A DNA stretch of 63,090 bases, filler included, from Octopus bimaculoides (GCF_001194135.2; 6 parts of 5 records of this genome joined end to end with filler, not necessarily neighbours in it); one strand, 5' to 3'; positions 13,163-26,339 are shown, numbered from the whole stretch's first letter. A program made the numbers and translations. The notes: a model not told the origin generated them from the sequence alone.

Positions 13163-13785
13163 CTGCAAATCAGAAATGAAGAGAAGGTTTTACAAAGACT
13201 ACTTAGACACATAATTTAGAACATTTTAACAAGTATTTATTGCACACATGAATACAAACAAGGTTTAGTTGAACAAATTAATCCCAGCACTCTACATTTG
13301 AACCCAACCCCCAGACACACACACACACACATGATGAGCTTCTATGAGTTTCTGTCACAAGGCTCTGGTTGACCTGAGGCTATATTAGAAGACACCTCCC
13401 CAAGGTGGCATGCAGTGTGAGTGAAGCTAAAACTATGCGGTCAGGAAGTATATTTCTTACCACACAGCCAGATCTGTGGCAATCAAAAATCTAAAATAGC
13501 AGATAAAGATCACTGCATGATAATGTCTATAAAGGAAATGCATAGCAAATTGCTGAATGTCAACCTTTGTACTCTCAGGTAAATAAAGAGGATACAAAAG
13601 AAGATCTACCTTATAGGTAACTTAAAACAGAGGGTTCAAATTACACAAGCACAGGTAGTTCCAATATATCAGGTAAATCTGGGGAGTGGAAGTGTGCACC
13701 CAGTAACAATTCAACTTGATGCATGTTTTGTATTTGACAATAAGCTGGTGAGTGAAATTTAAAAATTGTCTGTAGATTAGATATA

Positions 13786-14254
13786 CTGTAAATCCTCGAG
13801 TATAGTCCGCCCTTGAGTATAATACGCAGGGGATTTCTAGGGGGCTGTACCTCTGAAAAACCTAAACCTTATGTATAATACGTACCCCTTCTCTAACTTG
13901 AGTCAAAGAGGTCTATATAACATCCTTGGTTTGTAAACATATATATGGTAACGTCCTTTATTATTATTATTGTAAATATAACATAATGCAAACGTGTAGC
14001 TTTTTTGTGCACTTTGTTTGCAGAAAATAAAGAAATAACAGTAATAACATCAGTGAAAAATAAATATAGCTTAAGGTATTTTTGCGCCGGACATCACAAA
14101 ATGCGTCTGAATAAACATTGCTGGACAGCGAATAGAGACTCGGACATTGCTTAGAAAATATTTTTCATTTTTAACCTCGTATACAGTACGCACTAGGGAT
14201 TTTGACCTTTAAATTTTGGGGAAAAAAATGCAGATTATACTCAAGGATTTACGG
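13786..14254. mobile_element. Tc1/mariner-pogo-type non-autonomous element (MITE), 469 bp, in a CDC40 intron
   Basis: TIRs ctgtaaatcctcgagtatagtccgc / gcagattatactcaaggatttacgg, flanked by TA on both sides; no ORF. Confidence 0.85.
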
Positions 14255-14643
14255 TAAATCAAAATAAATTTCTGTTGCTTTAGTAAAATGAAGTAGATCG
14301 GTTGAAATGAAATGAAATATGCTGTCATAGAAGTGACAGAATGCTCACTGTGAAATATGTGGGCTGCCCTTCAAAAGAAAACAACCAAATCCCAGTTCAC
14401 AAAGTTTGCCAAAACACGAGACAGCCCTTGCAAGTGTAACATTTAACCTACTTCTTAGTATCAATTGTTAAGAATAGCTCTAGTCAGCTGACTGCTTAAG
14501 CGATCAGCTGACTAGAGCTATTTATAACAGCTGCAACAACGATCTACCCCAATAATTCTATGCAAATCTGACAAGAAATGGAGAAAGAAAGCCAATGAAT
14601 AAGAATCATTGATACAAGTCACCCAAATAACAGAACTACTTAC

Positions 14644-14740
14644 TATGTAATGTAGATTTCTCGTCGCCGACTTTCTCTTCTGGAGGTCGTTTGATTTTGT
14701 TTCGTTTCATGAGGATTTCATCAAGTTCCTTCATTTCTTC
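14644..14740 (-). CDS. CDC40: CDC40 exon: EEMKELDEILMKRNKIKRPPEEKVGDEKSTLH
   Basis: ttttag acceptor and gtaagt donor, 97 nt, phases fit neighbours. Resembles human EEQKELDEITAKRQKK...PGEEKTILH. Not in the ORF track. Confidence 0.93.
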
Positions 14741-15608
14741 CTAAAATGGTTAAAAAGCAAAAGAAAAGTGAGAGCGAAAGGGATAGGAGTTTCCTTCATT
14801 GATTGTGAGGAGGGCTGTATGTGCTGGTGTGCAGAAATACAACGGCATTATGTTCACCTAATTGTTGATCATATGATTCGATTACAAGATTCCAAGATCA
14901 AAATCTATCAATTCATTGATATGTATGGCACACCAAATATAGTGTTGACTTCTGTGGTTCTTGTGGCTGTTTCTGATTTCTAAATCATATTCTTTTACTA
15001 GTTTCACTCACTGAACTCTGGCCATGTTACAGCACAGCCCTGAAGGGTTTTCGACAGTTACACCAAACTCCAGTACTCGAGTCTTGTAGGTATTTCGCCA
15101 AGCTCTCTATCATATGGCCGAAAGCTTACTTTCAAATTATGTACCTTTGTTTTGAGGGAGTTACTTCCCCTAGGGAATAAATACCACTAGGAATCTCCCC
15201 CCCACCTAATATAGACGCATGCACATAAAGGGTTTCTATAGTTACTGTTCAACTAAATTTCACTCACAGAATTATAGTCTACACAAGACTAAGGCAAAAG
15301 TCACTTGCAACACAAAACACAGCAGGATTGAAACAAAAATGACATGGTTTCAAAGAAAACTTATTTGCTACACAACCATGCCTCCATCCGTAAGTTATCA
15401 TTATCATTTAACTTCCATTTTCTATGCTGGCATGGTTAAGACATTTTGAGAGAAACTGGCAAATTAGAAGCCTGCACCAAGCTCTGCTGTTTGTTTCAAC
15501 GTGATTTCTACAACTAAATGCCCTTCCCAATGTCAACCACTATACAGGGTATATTGTGGGTTACATCAGACAATAGCAGTCATTTACCTAACTAAAATAA
15601 CATTGAAG

Positions 15609-15684
15609 TGTCCTAACCAGTATTCAAATCTGGGTTATTATGATCCCAACCTGGTGATCTAACCATATGACAATCAATCATGAC
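15609..15684 (-). pseudogene. tRNA-His-derived pseudogene, copy B (more degraded)
   Basis: GTCATGATTG(ATTG)TCATATGGTTAGATCACCAGGTTGGGATCATAATAACCCAGATTTGAATACTGGTTA aligns to copy A and shares the same spacer. Confidence 0.6.
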
Positions 15685-15712
15685 CATTTGCCCAACTAAA
15701 ATAGAGCTGAGC

Positions 15713-15790
15713 TGCTGTAACCAGGATTTGAAACTGGATTATTATTACTATGGCTACAACATGGTGTCCTAACCACTAGATGGCCGCAGT
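15713..15790 (-). pseudogene. tRNA-His(GTG)-derived pseudogene, copy A
   Basis: ACTGCGGCCATCTAGTGGTTAGGACACCATGTTGTAGCCATAGTAA(TAATAA)TCCAGTTTCAAATCCTGGTTACAGCA is colinear with the invertebrate tRNA-His as I remember it (~16 differences in 72, mostly transitions). Anticodon loop TTGTAGC versus TTGTGGC. No CCA; TTTT about 10 nt downstream. Confidence 0.75.
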
Positions 15791-15946
15791 TATTTGTCCA
15801 GTTAGTTACTATCTTCTTCAACAGACACGATGCCAGTGCAGCAATGCTAACTAATATCATCAGTTATATAGTAACACAACTGCTGTATATAACAGACCAC
15901 TCATGTAGATATAAATAGCTACTACCAAGACACCACACACACTTAC

Positions 15947-16089
15947 CTCATTAGGCTTCATCACAGTTTGTTCATCTACAAATTTGCCCCAGGGTCCAAG
16001 ATAACCATCAACATCTCCTGCATTATCGTTCCGTAACCGTTTTCTTTTGTCACCAGGCCGACACTTGGTTTTCTCAAAAACTGTCAGAT
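15947..16089 (-). CDS. CDC40: CDC40/PRP17 internal exon: (D)LTVFEKTKCRPGDKRKRLRNDNAGDVDGYLGPWGKFVDEQTVMKPNE
   Basis: ctag acceptor and gtaagt donor, 143 nt. Matches remembered human PRP17 LTVFETGQKK...IDGFLGPWAKYVDE. Most 5' exon found; upstream exons not seen before the scaffold end at 19065. Confidence 0.95.
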
Positions 16090-16136
16090 CTAGATATATA
16101 TATACACATATATACATTTATATATCATGAGTGCAC

Positions 16137-16221
<85 letters not shown>

Positions 16222-18177
16222 CATATATTATCTATATATTCATATATTTAAAAAATATGTTACCATAAATTGAGAAAAAATAAAAATAAAACAGTGAAAC
16301 AGTTTTAAAATGTAAACAAGATTTTTTTTGGCCAACAACTTGCCATTTTGTATACATACATACATAATCATCATCATGTATATATATGTGTATATTACAT
16401 ATAGGCAAGCTTGCTTCCCAACCTCATAGTTCTGGGTTCAGTCCCAATGCATGGCGCTTTGGGCAAATGTCTTCTACTATAGCCTCAGGTCAACCAAAGC
16501 CTTGTGAGTGGCATGGTTTTCTATAACTGGATGCCCTTCCTAACGCCAACCACTCCGAAAGTGTAATGGCTGTTTTTACATGCCATTTGCGTGACGACAC
16601 CGGTATCTGTCACGACTGTGATTTTGCTTGGCTTGATGGGTCTTCTCAAGCACAGCATAATGCTAAAGGTTCTTGGTCATTGCCTACGTGATGCCAAACA
16701 CTCAAAAGGAACTCGGCCACTTGGCCCCAGGGGGCCCAACACTCAAAAGGAACTCCGAGATGTGTAATTCATTTTAAGGGTTACACAAGGATAAAAAAGG
16801 TTGAGAAGCATTGGTTGTAAACGAGCACCACCTGCATCAGAGTAGTGTCTTTCATTCGTAGTTCTACAATGGAAAACGTGTCCGTCTGTGAGGAGATATT
16901 TATTACCTTACTTGGAATTAGGTGAAGGTAGGGCAACAGGAATAACAAGGGGCCACAGAAAATCTGCATCAATGTATTCCGTCTGAACCATGCAAGCATG
17001 GAAAACGAGGACATTATGACAATGATGATGAATACAATTCACTTGTGAATATTGGGTCTCATTTTCTCTATTTGTTTCATCAAGTCTACAAACACACATG
17101 CTGTTGTTGTTGTTTAACCCAAGGTCAACCTTGTTTGAGCATTGCAGCCATGATCACCCCATCTGCAAAGACTACATCATCCAATATGTCTTTTCTTTTT
17201 TTGGGTGGAGGGAGCGAAGGGTGTTAGGAAGGGCATTTAGCCATTAAAAAACCATGCCAAAACAGACAGTGAAGCCTGGTGCAGTCTTCTGTCTAGCCAG
17301 CTCCTGTCAGACCAACCAACCTAAGCCAGCATAGAAAACAGATATTAAACGATGATGATGATGAAGGCAATAGTGGGGTGTTGATCTGAGGTAGATTTGG
17401 CTACTATTTTGTGGCAGATCAAGCAAACACACAGGCAATCCCTGAGTTGGTTCAATGTGTATGTATGGCAATATGCATGAGTTACATATTTATTAGGGTA
17501 TAAATTTAGAATGTTTTACTAACACACATCTGTGATATTTTCACACAATGTTTTTCAAATTTTCATAGTTATATATAAAACATATGGTATTCAGTTTATT
17601 TAGCAATGCTCAAGTTTTTTTTTTTTCTTATCTGGGTTATATTAATGTATAGCACAACCCACACCAAGACCAACAGGACATCTTTTCCCCAGTTTACTCC
17701 TTGTTATAAAGAAATAGGGATAAAAAAATAAGAAAAGATAAATTTAATATAAGATCGTAAACGTAATTTTGTTTTGCTAATAACTTCATCTTTTGAGATG
17801 ACAAATTAGTCAATATTTAGAATCCACATTCAAAAAATAGGTGTAGGTTGGCATTCAGATGTAAAATAATACTTTAATAAGTACCCAACTGACCCATGCC
17901 GGCATAGGAAAGTGGACATAAAAATAAATAAATGAAACTTGTTGTAATCAGTTTCAATGTAAGACAAGTTTCAATGTACAAGGGTTTATGTATAATCACC
18001 TGAGGAGGAAAGAAAAAGCAGGGAGAAGAAATGATGGAAAGACTAGACAGCATACCAAATATATGAATACAGGGACGATACAGTTCTCCTAACGCAGAAG
18101 GGCCTCCAAACAGGGCCAAGATGAAGTGCCACTAAGCATTCCACCCGGCTTGCTAATGATTCTGCCAGCTTGCCATC

Positions 18178-18233
<56 letters not shown>

Positions 18234-18445
18234 CCTTTCTACAATAAGCACAAGGCCTGAAACTTTGGAGGAGGAGGTGAGGTCGATTACATCGAGCTCA
18301 GTGCGTAACTGGTACTTATTTTTTCGACCCCGAAAGGATGAAAGGCAAAGTCGCCCTCAATGGAATTTGAACTCAGAACGCAAAGACGGACGAAATGCCA
18401 CTAAGCACTTTGCTCGGCATGCAACCATTCTGCCACCTCGCCACC

Positions 18446-18494
<49 letters not shown>

Positions 18495-18880
18495 TGGTCT
18501 TTCCAAATCAAAGAGTATCCAGCAATGCCTATCCCAAAAAGATGTTCATTTGCAGAAGAACTGTTTATCAAAAGTAGTTAGACTCAAAAAATATTTTTTC
18601 CTCTTGTATATGCTCCTGTGTCTTCTCTTCATTTTAATATTCTGAGATGGATATGGGAGGGAAAAAAAAAAAATTTAAACAGGGGAGGAGGGTGGAGATA
18701 GGAGGAATGGTAGGACTAGGAGAAAAGGGAGTTTATATACATATATGTATGTATGTATGTATGTATATAAACTACACTTTCACCAACAACAACTGGTGTG
18801 TAGCTATCAGCAACTGTTATGTAGATAAAGGTAACTACTATAAAGTATGTGTGTATATATGTGTGTGTGCACATGCATGC

Positions 18881-18925
<45 letters not shown>

Positions 18926-19065
18926 AGTATATATGCATTTTGATAGCTGTGAATATGAAGACACATGCTAATATACAAAACAGATGTGGAAACACTTTTG
19001 AGTAAAAAAAATACATATATGTAAAAATAGTAAGCGAAAATGAAAATTTAAAAAAAAAAAAAAAA

Positions 19066-19165
19066 NNNNNNNNNNNNNNNNNNNNNNNNNNNNNNNNNNN
19101 NNNNNNNNNTTAATTAATTAANNNNNNNNNNNNNNNNNNNNNNNNNNNNNNNNNNNNNNNNNNNN
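19066..19165. other. Artificial scaffold linker N44-TTAATTAATTAA-N44 (also 28150-28249, 42011-42110, 52301-52400, 58346-58445)
   Basis: The same 100-bp construct occurs five times; TTAATTAATTAA puts stop codons in all six frames. Confidence 0.97.
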
Positions 19166-22100
19166 ATATATATATATATATATATATACTTGTGTGTGTG
19201 TATATATATGAGTGTGTTTATATATGTGAGTGTGTATGTTGTGTGAGATAGTCATCATTTACTCAATCATTATATTGTTTCTGCTTAATTAACAGTTCTA
19301 ACAACCTTGTTAAGTCAGGGAACAATAAAAAGAAAGAAGAAAAGAAAGAAGGAAAAAGTATAAAGAAAGAAAGAAAGAAACATGTAATTAAACCAAGGAA
19401 TATGACCAAAGACTGCCTTGTATGATTTTGCTTTTCTTTTTCATCTGTTGATGGAATTGAAGACTTTCAGTGTAATATATATTAAATATCTTACCGGATG
19501 TTACCAGAATCCCCTTTAGGGACCTCTTGTTGTAGGCCCTTGGCAAGAACAGCAATCGATCTAGTGTTATTATTTCCTCTTTAGGATCACTGTCATCTCT
19601 CTCTCTCTTTCTTTCTTTTTTGTTTGCCTCCCTCCCTCCCCGCCTATCTATCTAGGTGGGGGTAACTGTCTACCCAACTGTCTACGTACCTCACATCATC
19701 TCTCCCTCAGCATTTCCATCTCCCTTCCTCATTGTGTCTTTCCCTTCTGTTGTCATCACCACCACCACCTCCATCATCTCTCCTCCTGCTCCTCCTCCTC
19801 CTCCTCCTCATCATCATAATCCCTCATTGCTCTTTCATCATCACCATTGTCATCATCGTCTCTCATCTTTCCCCGCAGGATTTCCATCTCTCATCCTCGT
19901 ATCTTTCCCCCCTCTCATCATCATCATCATCTTTATTGTCATCACTCCTTTCATCATCATCATAATCTCTCATCTGTCCCCTCTCATCATCATCACCACC
20001 ACCATCATCATCATCACTGTCATCGTCGTTCTCCTCCTCCCCACCACCATGACCACGATGACAACCACCCCTCCTCCTCTTCATCACTATCATCATTGTC
20101 ATCGTCACCATCATCATCTCCCCATCCTCTCACATCACTGCCACAACCCTGCTGACCATCTCCATCTGCCACCAGACACTCTTGATGACCAAATGCTATC
20201 AGGGTCTTCAGTTTTTGTACAAATGGCTTTTGTGAATATTTGGTACCCAGCTATTTGCCTTCTGAAATGGTTATAGAACTTATTCTTTTTACTAGGGACC
20301 AAGATGCCCGTCATATAAACGTGTGTGTGTGTCCCACACCAATTAATTGGTGTAGGTCCCATAATCAATGGGTTTGGTAAAAGTGGCCAACAGAATCAGG
20401 ACTGAACTTTAAAAATAAGAACTGGCGTCAATTTGTTTGATTAAAGTCCTTCAAGGCACTTCCCCAGCATGGTCGCTGACCAATGACTGAAACAAGTAAA
20501 AAAGAAAAAAAAAACGAAATAAAGAAAAGTATGTCAATAGACACAGGAGTGGCTGTGTGGTATGAAGACTGCTTCCCACCACATGGTTCCGGGTTCAATC
20601 CCACTGCGTGGCACCTTGGGCAAGTGTTTTCTACTATAGTCTTGTGCCGACCAAAGCCTTGTGAGTGGGTTTGGTAGATGGAAACTGAAAGAAGCCTGTT
20701 ACCATTTCTCCATTTTTTCTATCCTTGTTTTTGTATACATTTGCAGCTTTCTTCCTAGAAATCTTGTGCTCTTAATTTAGTTTTTCCTTGGGGCTGGCCA
20801 GATTGGAGCAATCTCGAGTATATCCAGCCGAAATTGCAAAGACAATCTGGAACTTGACTGAGGAAAGAAAACTTTGAATGGCCCATCCTTGTTTTCTTTG
20901 TATTGTCTGTCTGGATGTTTTGTTGCCCCTTTCTTGTATCACCTAACTGTCTGGATGTTTTGCGTTTTTGTTCCGTTTTTGTATTTTTTATATATATATA
21001 TGTGTGTGTGTGTCTGTGATTGTCCCCCATCACCACTTGACAACTGGTATTGGTGTGTTTACATCCCTGTGACTTAGCAGTTTGGCAAAAGTGACTGATG
21101 GATTAAGTACTAGGCTTAACAAGTAAGTACGGTAGTTGATTCATTCAACTAAAAATTCAAGGTGGTGCCCCAGCATGGCCACAGTTTAATGACTGAAACA
21201 GATGAAAGATGACAGATATAAGGGGGATTTAGGTGCAGGTATGAATGGCTGTGTGGTTAAGAGGTTTTGCTTCCTTACCACATGGTTTCAGGTTCTGACC
21301 CACTGCATGGAACCTTGGACTAATATCTTTTATCAATAACATGTGCCAACCAATGCCTTGTGAAGAGATATCCTTAATGGAAACAGTATGAAGCGTCATT
21401 ATATTTAATTTATCAGGATGGTGAACTGGTAGAATTGTTAGCATGCGAAGCAAAATGCTTAGCGGTATTTTGTCTGCCGCTACATTCTGAGTTCAAATTC
21501 CACCGAGGTCGACTTTGCTTTTATTCCTTTAGTAGAACTGTTTATATATAATTTATTTCAATTCATATGTTTTCGCCAACAGAGTTTATCTTTATTGTTT
21601 AGCATCCGTCTTCCATGCATAAATGGATACGATGGTTGGCAGGAGTCATCCGAGGTACCGTGTCTGTTTTTGCAGGGTTTTTATGGGTGAATACCCTTCC
21701 TAACACCAACCACTCTACAGAGTGGACCCTGCTTTTTATGTGGCACTATCACAAGCGTTTCAGTTTTGTCATGGTTTTTGCAGTTAGATGCCCTTCCAAA
21801 TACCAACCACTTCACAGTGTGGACTGGATGCTTTTTACATGGCACCAGCACCGGCAGGGTCACCAAATAACTTGCAAGACAAAGATCCTTTGAGAGGAGC
21901 AGGGGTAGTGGGGGAGTAGATACTGCAAGATCTTTGAAATGGTCACATGCAGATAGGGTTGACTGTATCATCATCATCATCATCATCAGCTCATTATCAT
22001 CATCATAATTTAATGTCCATTTTCCAAGCTGGCATGGATTAGACAGTTTGACAGGAGGTGGCAAGCCAGAAGACTGCACCAGGCCCCAGTTTTGGCATGG

Positions 22101-24557
22101 TTTCTACAGTTGGATGCCCTTCCTAATGCCAACCATCTTACAGAGTGGACTGGGTGCTTTTTGTGTGGTGTTGGCACAAGTACCCTTTACATGGTGCCAC
22201 CATGAGCGCCTTTTATGTGGTGCCCTGCACCCACCGTCTTTGATTCTCTTGTAAACATCTGGTATAACCCTAGGCATCAGACAGAAGGAACGAGACAATG
22301 GTCAATTGAATGGTTAGTAAAAGATGGTAAATAAATGGTAGTGACCATCGAAATAGCTTCTTTATAAATGTTATGTTGGTTGTTGTTGTTGCTGTTGGTA
22401 GTGGTGGTGGGGGACTGATATGACGCCTGCCAGCATCACCAAAGCTGACATCATCACGATCATCATCATTACCCCAAGCACACCTATCATCATTATCATC
22501 ATCATAATCAACAGACTCATCACTATCATCACCCCACCCCCACCACCACTACACCTATCATAATCATCAATACTATCACCATCATCATCATCACCATCAC
22601 CACATCATAATCATCAACATCATTACCACCAACACCACCATCACCGCTGCCATCATTATTATCATCGTCTTCATTTCCACCAGCGCCATCACTGCCATTC
22701 TCATCAGCGTCAGTGTCCTCCTCCTCCCCTCTTCCTCCTCCTCATCACCATCATCACTACCATCAAATGTCTGATGGTGATAAGACATCACCAGTCATCA
22801 TCATTGTTCTCCTCCTCACCACCACCACCACCACCACCACCATTATCATCATCATCATTGTTATTGTCATCATCATCAGCATCACCATCCCCCCTCGTCC
22901 TCACACCCCCATCATCCTCATCCTGATCATCTCTGTTCTCCACCACACCACCACTGCCACTGTCGTCATCATTATCATCATCATCATCATCATCACCACT
23001 GTCACCATCAAATGTCCGATGGTGATGAGACATAGTATCTGGGCATGTTGACAGTTGCTATGGAGACACACCAACTGGGCAGCCAAGACTTCTCCAGCCA
23101 TCGTTAATCAGATAGGCTTCCAGGTTAATTTAGTAGTAGTGGTGGTGGTGGTGGGATGGTGTAATGAGGATGGTGTGGTGGAGGGAGCAAGGTGGTAGAG
23201 AGAGAGTGGCAGTGGGAGGAAAGATATGGAGTTATTTTGTTTTTTGTTTTGTGGCCATGTTGTAATTGTGTTTAGGGGTTGAAGTGTTGTCTGTTGTTAA
23301 GGGAAGTTATGACATTAAATATGGTGGGGACAGAATGGAGGAGGGGGAAGAGGAGGAGGATGTGGAGGAAGAAGAAGAGGAAGAAAAAGGACGAAGAAGA
23401 GGAGGAGGAGAAAGGAAGAAAAAGGAAAAGAAAGAGAAAGAGGAAGAGGTGGAAGAAGGAGGAGAAGAAAAGAAAAGATGAAGGAAAAGGAAAGAGGCAG
23501 AAAAAGGAAGGAAAGGAGCAAGAAAGAAAGAAAGAAAAAGAAGGAAAGAACAAGGATAAAAACTAACAAATATAAAACGGTGGAGAATGTGAGATTGTGA
23601 TTCCGACGAAACTGATGAAGAGAAACGTTTCTCTCTTGACCTGCTTGAAATAACAGGCCAAATTGCTCCTAAATTGTGCCCTACAGAAAATAGGGGTCAC
23701 ATTAAGTAATGTAACCCTAGAATTTTGAGTGACATATCTTTTATCGTTAATTTGTTTCAGTTATTTGGCTGTGACCATGCTAGGGCACTGTACTGAAGAA
23801 TTTTTGTGAGTTGAATAACTCAACACTCCAGGACTGATTTTTTTTTTTCATTAAGCTTTATATTTATTCTATCGGTCTCTTTTGCTGAACTGTTAGGTTA
23901 CAGGGATGTAAACACACCAACAGCAGTTGTCAAGCAGTGGCGGAGGACAAACACAGATACACACACACACACACATGTATATTACATTGGGCTTCTTTCA
24001 GTTTCCCTCTACCAAATACACTCACAAGGCTTAAGTTGGCCCAAGGCTATAGTAGAAGACATTTGCCCAAGGTTCCACGCAGTGGGACTGAACCTGGAAC
24101 CATGTGGTTGGGAAACAAGCTTCTTACCACACAGTCATGTCTGTTTCTCTATTTTATTAGTTTCTTGATTTTGTCAGGGCTGCAGAAGGGCTACATCAAA
24201 GGCCCTTTTCTCAGGCCCACTCCTACTGATCTTTCTCTCTCTCTCTCTCTCTCTCTCTTTCCTTCTTTCTGTCTGTCTGTCTGTCTCATTGTTTTCCTTC
24301 TATTCATTTCTTTCTTCCTCCTCCTCCTCTCTCTCTGTCTTTCTCCCTTCTTTCCTTCTCTCTATCACCTGCACCTCTCCAACCAAGGAGACACAACAGG
24401 TTCACACATGGAATGGTTTCTTTTTTTAATCATAGATCTATCAGTCTCTTTTGCCAAATTGCTAAGTTATGGAGATGTAAACATACCATCACCAGTTATC
24501 AAGTGGTGGTGATGGGACAAACATGAACACAAAGACACACACACGCACACACACTCA

Positions 24558-24737
24558 TTAAAATTAATCAAAGGACATATTAAGTATGTCTACCTGCTGG
24601 AAATAACAGTTAAAACTCTTATTCAAATCACCAAAATACACAGATAATAATTAGTGTATTTTGGCGATTTAAATAAAAGTTTTGACTGTTATTTCTAGCA
24701 GGTAGACACACTTAGTATGTTCTTTGATTAATTTTAA
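24558..24737. mobile_element. Palindromic MITE, ~84-bp arms and 12-nt loop
   Basis: Near-perfect inverted repeat. The motif acctgct.gaaata.cag recurs at 11930, 17395 and 23635. Confidence 0.8.
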
Positions 24738-26011
24738 TCCTTCAGCTATTTAATGCTCTTTTTTTTTGGAGCTGCAATTGCATATATTATTGATTCTGTT
24801 ATAATCATTTTTAAATTGTTACACTAGATAATAATGGAGTCAATGATATCTTTGGAAATTATTTTCCTGTGAATTATTTTTTCTCGTGAATTATTTGCTC
24901 CATATGTATCTTTACTCTTTTACTCTTTTACTTGTTTCAGTCATTTGACTGCGGCCATGCTGGAGCACCGCCTTTAGTCGAGCAAATCGATCCCAGGACT
25001 TATTCTTTGTAAGCCTAGTACTTATTCTATTGGTCTCTTTTGCCGAACCGCTAAGTTACGGGGACATAAACACACCAGCATCGGTTGTCATGCGATTGTT
25101 GGGGGGACAAACACAGACACACAAACACATATATATACATATACATATATACGATGGGCTTCTTTCAGTTTCCATCTACCAAATCCACTCACAAGGCTTT
25201 GGTCAGTCCGAGGCTATAGTAGAAGACACTTGCNNNNNNNNNNNNNNNNNNNNNNNNNNNNNNNNNNNNNNNNNNNNNNNNNNNNNNNNNNNNNNNNNNN
25301 NNNNNNNNNNNNNNNNNNNNNNNNNNNNNNNNNNNNNNNNNNNNNNNNNNNNNNNNNNNNNNNNNNNNNNNNNNNNNNNNNNNNNNNNNNNNNNNNNNNN
25401 NNNNNNNNNNNNNNNNNNNNNNNNNNNNNNNNNNNNNNNNNNNNNNNNNNNNNNNNNNNNNNNNNNNNNNNNNNNNNNNNNNNNNNNNNNNNNNNGTTAA
25501 ACAATGAAGATGATGAGGATGTCTATTGAGAAGGTGGGGTGAGCTGGCAGAGTCGTTTGTACACTGGGCAGAATGCTTAGCGACACGATGTCCATCTTTA
25601 CATTCTGAGTTCAAAATCCACTGAGGTCGACTTTGCTTGCCATCTTTTTGGGATCAATAAAATAGGTGGCATTTGGATAACTGGGGTCAATGTAATCAAC
25701 TTACCCTACCTTCAAAATTTCAAGCTTTTTCCCTATAGCAGAAAGGATTATTATTATTATTATTGAGGCGGCGAGCTGGCAGAAACGTTAGCACGTCGGG
25801 TGAAATGCCTAGTGGTATTTCGTCCATCTTTATGCTCTGAGTTCAAATTCCACTGAGGTCGACTTTGCCTTTCATCCTTTCGTGGTTGATTAAATAAGTA
25901 CCAGTTCTGCACTAGGGTCAATGTAATCGACTTAATCTCTTTGCCTGTCCTTGTTTGTCCCCTCTATGTTTAGCCCCTGTGGTCAATAAAGAAATACATA
26001 AATTATTATTA

Positions 26012-26042
<31 letters not shown>

Positions 26043-26071
26043 CATTATTATTATTAATGATAATTATTATT

Positions 26072-26131
<60 letters not shown>

Positions 26132-26339
26132 TTATTATTATTATTAAAGCAGCAAGCTGGCAGAATCGTTACTATTCCAGACTAAATCTTTTGTGGGACA
26201 TTGTTCTTTACGTTCGGAGTTCAAATTTGCCTTTCATCTTTTCAAGGTTGCTGAAAGCTGGGGGGGTCGGTGTAATTGACTCCACCTCTTTTTCTGAAAT
26301 TGCTGGCCTTGTGCGAAAATTTGAAACCAATTACATGTC

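Noticed and set aside
16697-16757. 18-bp direct repeat aacactcaaaaggaactc around a short spacer (CRISPR-like at a glance)
   Set aside because: Only two units, inside a SINE in a eukaryotic genome; a local duplication.
16908-17099. Exon-like open frame with AG/GT ends upstream of the last CDC40 exon found
   Set aside because: No similarity to PRP17, and it contains a decayed SINE tail.
19495-19560. Short exon-like segment (SIAVLAKGLQQEVPKGDSGNIR, minus strand)
   Set aside because: Purine-rich acceptor region, no recognisable protein and no partner exons.
20703-20858. Segment with a good acceptor and donor on the minus strand
   Set aside because: Stops in all three frames and no supporting context.
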